DNA of 64,000 nucleotides. Source: the human T2T-CHM13v2.0 reference genome, Homo sapiens. Below, one piece after another: positions 59,546 through 64,000 of the stretch (the first letter of the stretch is position 1; every line of letters starts with the position of its first letter). Where the stretch lies: the NCBI GenBank assembly GCA_009914755.4, contig CP068257.2:7904001-7968000 (forward strand), written 5' to 3'. A program made the position numbers and the translations under genes. The notes beneath the pieces are model-generated. The model was given only the letters and a program-made list of their open reading frames with translations. It did not search any database and had not been told where the DNA came from.

Positions 59546-59982
59546 CACAGGAGTAACAACCCATCACATTTGCAATATTATGTCAGTTAGAAACAAGTCA
59601 CAGATCCTACTCACACTCACTCGATTTCATCCAAAAGTTTGGGCAGTGATCCCATCCACACTAAAAAAGGAAGAGATCATACAGAGTATAACACCAGGAC
59701 ATCGAGATCATGGGAAACATCTTAGAAGTCTGCCTATCACAGATAATAAATACTTGTTGTTGTTTGAAGACATTAAGTTTCAGGTAATTTCTTATGCAGC
59801 AATAGATAACTAATTAGTAAGAGTTGTGCCTAACTAATCAGGCACAAGTTAGAATATAAGGAGTGAAGAGTTATCACTATAGATCCTACAGATACTAAAA
59901 AGATAAGAGTTTGTTTTACTATAAGCAAGCCTATCACAATAAGACAATTTAGATTAAAAGGCTGGTAAGTTTTATGCTTTGT

Positions 59983-61135
<1,153 letters not shown>

Positions 61136-61235
61136 TTCTTTCTGGGCTTTTTAAGCAGCCCCAAAGCTCTAGGTGATTTTACTTTTGTAATTGTATTCTC
61201 TTGGGAATACTCATTCCTGATTGTTTCAGTAAACA

Positions 61236-61301
61236 GCCTTGAACTCCTGGCCTCAAGTGATCCTCCCACCTCACCCTCCTGAGTAGTAGTTGGGACTACA
61301 G
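61236..61301 (-). mobile_element. Alu fragment (~65 bp), antisense
   Basis: CTTGAACTCCTGGCCTCAAGTGATCCTCCCACCTCACCCTCCTGAGTAGTAGTTGGGACTACAGGC. Confidence 0.6.
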
Positions 61302-61384
61302 GCTGCAGAAACTTTTAAGAGAAAATAGAGGGAACAAACCCAAGCTCATTTATTCAGATTAAGATAAACTTGATATCAAAACTA

Positions 61385-61605
61385 GACTTGTCACAGAGAA
61401 TGCAAGAGGCGGGAGTTATTTCCCAAATCCAAGTTCTGCCTCTGGATTATTAGACGTGGCCTCACTGTCCTTGATCTGCAAGGAATTTATACTGATTAGA
61501 GCATTAGTAAAACCTATGTTCTATTCATCATGAAAAGTCATTTTTTAAAGATTCCAGAATTATTAGAGGCAGAAACAAATTGAAAGGTTGTACACCTACA
61601 CCTGC
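61385..61605 (+). repeat. Segment X, copy 2 (direct repeat of 47090-47345)
   Basis: See segment X copy 1; similarity decays beyond CAGAAACAA(G/ATTG)AAGGTT..CACACCT. Confidence 0.8.
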
Positions 61606-61639
61606 TGTTTGAAAAACACAACTTACCAAAGCCAAACAG

Positions 61640-61800
61640 AAGAAGTATGTAAACTCCTATGTCTAGTAATAGGCAGAATCCGTAATTTAAAACTTTCCCA
61701 CAAAAACAATTCCCAGTTCCTGAAGGCTTCACTGGTGAATTCTTCAATGAAAGGGAAAACTAACACCAACACTACAGAATTTCTTTTTTAATTTTAGGGA
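61640..61800 (+). mobile_element. Short L1 ORF2-like fragment, sense; also present as an inverted copy at 62631-62735
   Basis: CAATTCCCAGTTCCTGAAGGCTTCACTGGTGAATTCTTCAATGAAAGGGAAAACTAACACCAACACTACAGAATTTC is similar to the L1 ORF2 text ..CCAGGACCAGATGGCTTCACTGGTGAATTCTACC.. Confidence 0.55.
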
Positions 61801-61827
61801 CAGATTTTTTTTTTTAATCTTAGTGAC

Positions 61828-62233
<406 letters not shown>

Positions 62234-62399
62234 AGAAATTTTAAGAGAACAAAAATAAAGGGAACAGAGTCATGCTCATTTTTTGAGATTACAATAAACT
62301 TGATACCAAAAGTAGTCTAAAAAATTACAAAAAGTAAAACTACAGGCTAATCAGTCACATGAACACGAGCCCAAAAGTCATTTTTAAAAACAGCACACT

Positions 62400-62637
62400 A
62401 AGCGGGACGCAGTGGTTCATGCCTGTAATCCCAGCACTTTGGGAGGCCGAGGTGGGAGAAGTGCTTGAGCTCAGGAGTTCCCTTTATTTTTGTTCTCTTA
62501 AAAGTTTCTGTATCCTCTAGGCCCAGCTACTCAAGAGGCTGAGGTGGGAGGATAACTGGAACATGACTGTGAATAGCCACTGCACTCCAGCCTGGGCAAC
62601 ATAGTGAGACTCTGTCCCTAAGATTTAAAAAAAAAAT
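62400..62637 (+). mobile_element. Composite Alu, sense: left arm and right arm separated by a 36-41 bp non-Alu insert
   Basis: AAGCGGGACGCAGTGGTTCATGCCTGTAATCCCAGCACTTTGGGAGGCCGAGGTGGGAGAAGTGCTTGAGCTCAGGAGTTC | CCTTTATTTTTGTTCTCTTAAAAGTTTCTGTATCCTCTAGG | CCCAGCTACTCAAGAGGCTGAGGTGGGAGG ... GAGACTCTGTCCCTAAGATTTAAAAAAAAAA. The insert is the reverse complement of the motif flanking Alus at 61307 and 62226. Confidence 0.75.
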
Positions 62638-62995
62638 CTGTAATGTTGGTGTTATTTTTTCCCTTTCATTGAAGAATTCACCAGTGATGCCATCAGGAAC
62701 TGGGGATTGTTTTGTGAGGAAGTTTTAAATTATGGATTCTATTTATTTCATAAATATAGGGGTATACATACTTCTTATGTTTGGTTTTGGTAAGTTGTTT
62801 TTCAAACAGTAGGTATACAACCTTTTAATTTGTTTCTGCTTATAATAATTGTGGGATCTTTTTTTAAAAAAATGATTGACTTTTCATGAATAGAAGATAA
62901 GTTTTACTAATACTACACTCAATGTTAATTCCTTGCAGTTCAAGGACACTTAGGCCCCATCTAATAATACAGAAGAAAAACTAGGATAGTGGCAA

Positions 62996-63259
<264 letters not shown>

Positions 63260-63397
63260 CTAGAGAGGAGTAATACACTCAACTAGCAATGCTAGTTTCA
63301 ATTTAGGGTGAATTAGTTCAGTAGAGAACCGAAGTACATGCACTAGCCTGAATATGTTAATTTAAATTAAAAAAAAACAAAAACTTAAAAAAAAATT

Positions 63398-63483
63398 AGA
63401 GATGGGGTCTCGACATGTTGCCCGGGCTGAATCCAAACTCCTAGGCTTAAGCAGTCCTCCTGCCTCAGCTTCCCAAGTAGCTG
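63398..63483 (-). mobile_element. Alu left-monomer fragment, antisense
   Basis: GAGATGGGGTCTCGACATGTTGCCCGGGCTGAATCCAAACTCCTAGGCTTAAGCAGTCCTCCTGCCTCAGCTTCCCAAGTAGCTG. Confidence 0.6.
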
Positions 63484-64000
63484 AATAAGCTAATTAACTT
63501 GTTTTGTTTCTCTCAGGGAGTGCACAATAGGTGGAGGGAGGAGGCAGGAGTGTTGGGATGAGAGCACCTTCCCAAGAAAAGGCCTGGAAGAGTTTATACC
63601 AACCAGGAAAGGCCTGGGGCACAGCAAAAGGAACTGGCCTTTACCTCTGGGAGAAAGGAATGCCTCCTCCCTTCCTCCAGCCTCCCTTAAGAAAAATACC
63701 CAGGAATACCCCCAGCCCTGTGAGCACAGAGCACTGGTGTGAGTTGTTTACTTGTTAATGAGTTTGCACCACTGTCTGCATGTAATGAGTCATTCAGGTC
63801 ATTCTGGGATGATGTTAGCATGCACAAACCCCTCCTTTAATCTGGTTGGCTAGTTCAGAATAGACAAGTTTTAACACTGCTTCCTTCTCCCATCAAGAAG
63901 TAAAGCCCAGGTTCTGAGGAACAGACTCCATCTGCAGACCATGTTTGGTGAACCTGAGCTTTGGGAAAGACACGGCTTCAAGCCTCAAGTCGTTTTGCCC

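Overview
This 64 kb window is primate (human-type) nuclear DNA, not a prokaryotic locus. About half of it is recognisable interspersed repeats.

I count roughly 50 Alu copies or fragments (AluJ to AluY ages). There are several L1 fragments on both strands and one Tigger1 (pogo-like) DNA transposon. There are also MIR and LTR-like remnants and many microsatellites. No rRNA, tRNA, CRISPR array or operon-like structure is present.

The only convincing protein-coding feature is a single 163-nt internal exon at 32138-32300 (+), with a canonical polypyrimidine/CAG acceptor and a GTAAGT donor. It encodes the second half of an extended-PHD zinc finger: RCAFCKHFGATIKCCEEKCTQMYHYPCAAGAGSFQDFSHIFLLCPEHIDQAPER. 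From memory this is KMT2C (MLL3) exon 7, codons ~284-337. Its +1 reading frame encodes the BAGE-family peptide DVHFVSTLEPLSNAVKRNVPRCIIILVLQEP..FRISVTSSCFVQNTLTKLLKD.

The exon carries F at the position of KMT2C L291 and S at T316. As I recall, these are the two recurrent paralog-derived differences. That suggests the window is the juxtacentromeric KMT2C-derived paralog (BAGE2-type locus) rather than bona fide 7q36 KMT2C. It needs alignment to confirm.

Other points worth a second look:
- A 1.1 kb imperfect (GGT)n array with a ~200-bp higher-order period, at 3848-4972.
- An old ~1.15 kb inverted intra-window duplication (47430-48565 versus 59983-61135). A ~0.25 kb direct repeat lies next to it.
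- A mosaic of short direct and inverted duplicated pieces between Alus at 61230-62740.
- A chimeric L1(-)/Alu(+) insertion flanked by a ~35-bp direct repeat, at 58286-59185.
- A GC-rich, stop-codon-poor island immediately after an L1 poly-A, at 36568-36890.

All repeat coordinates are from reading the sequence by eye and are approximate (about +/-10 bp). Family and subfamily names are from memory of consensus sequences, not from a search.
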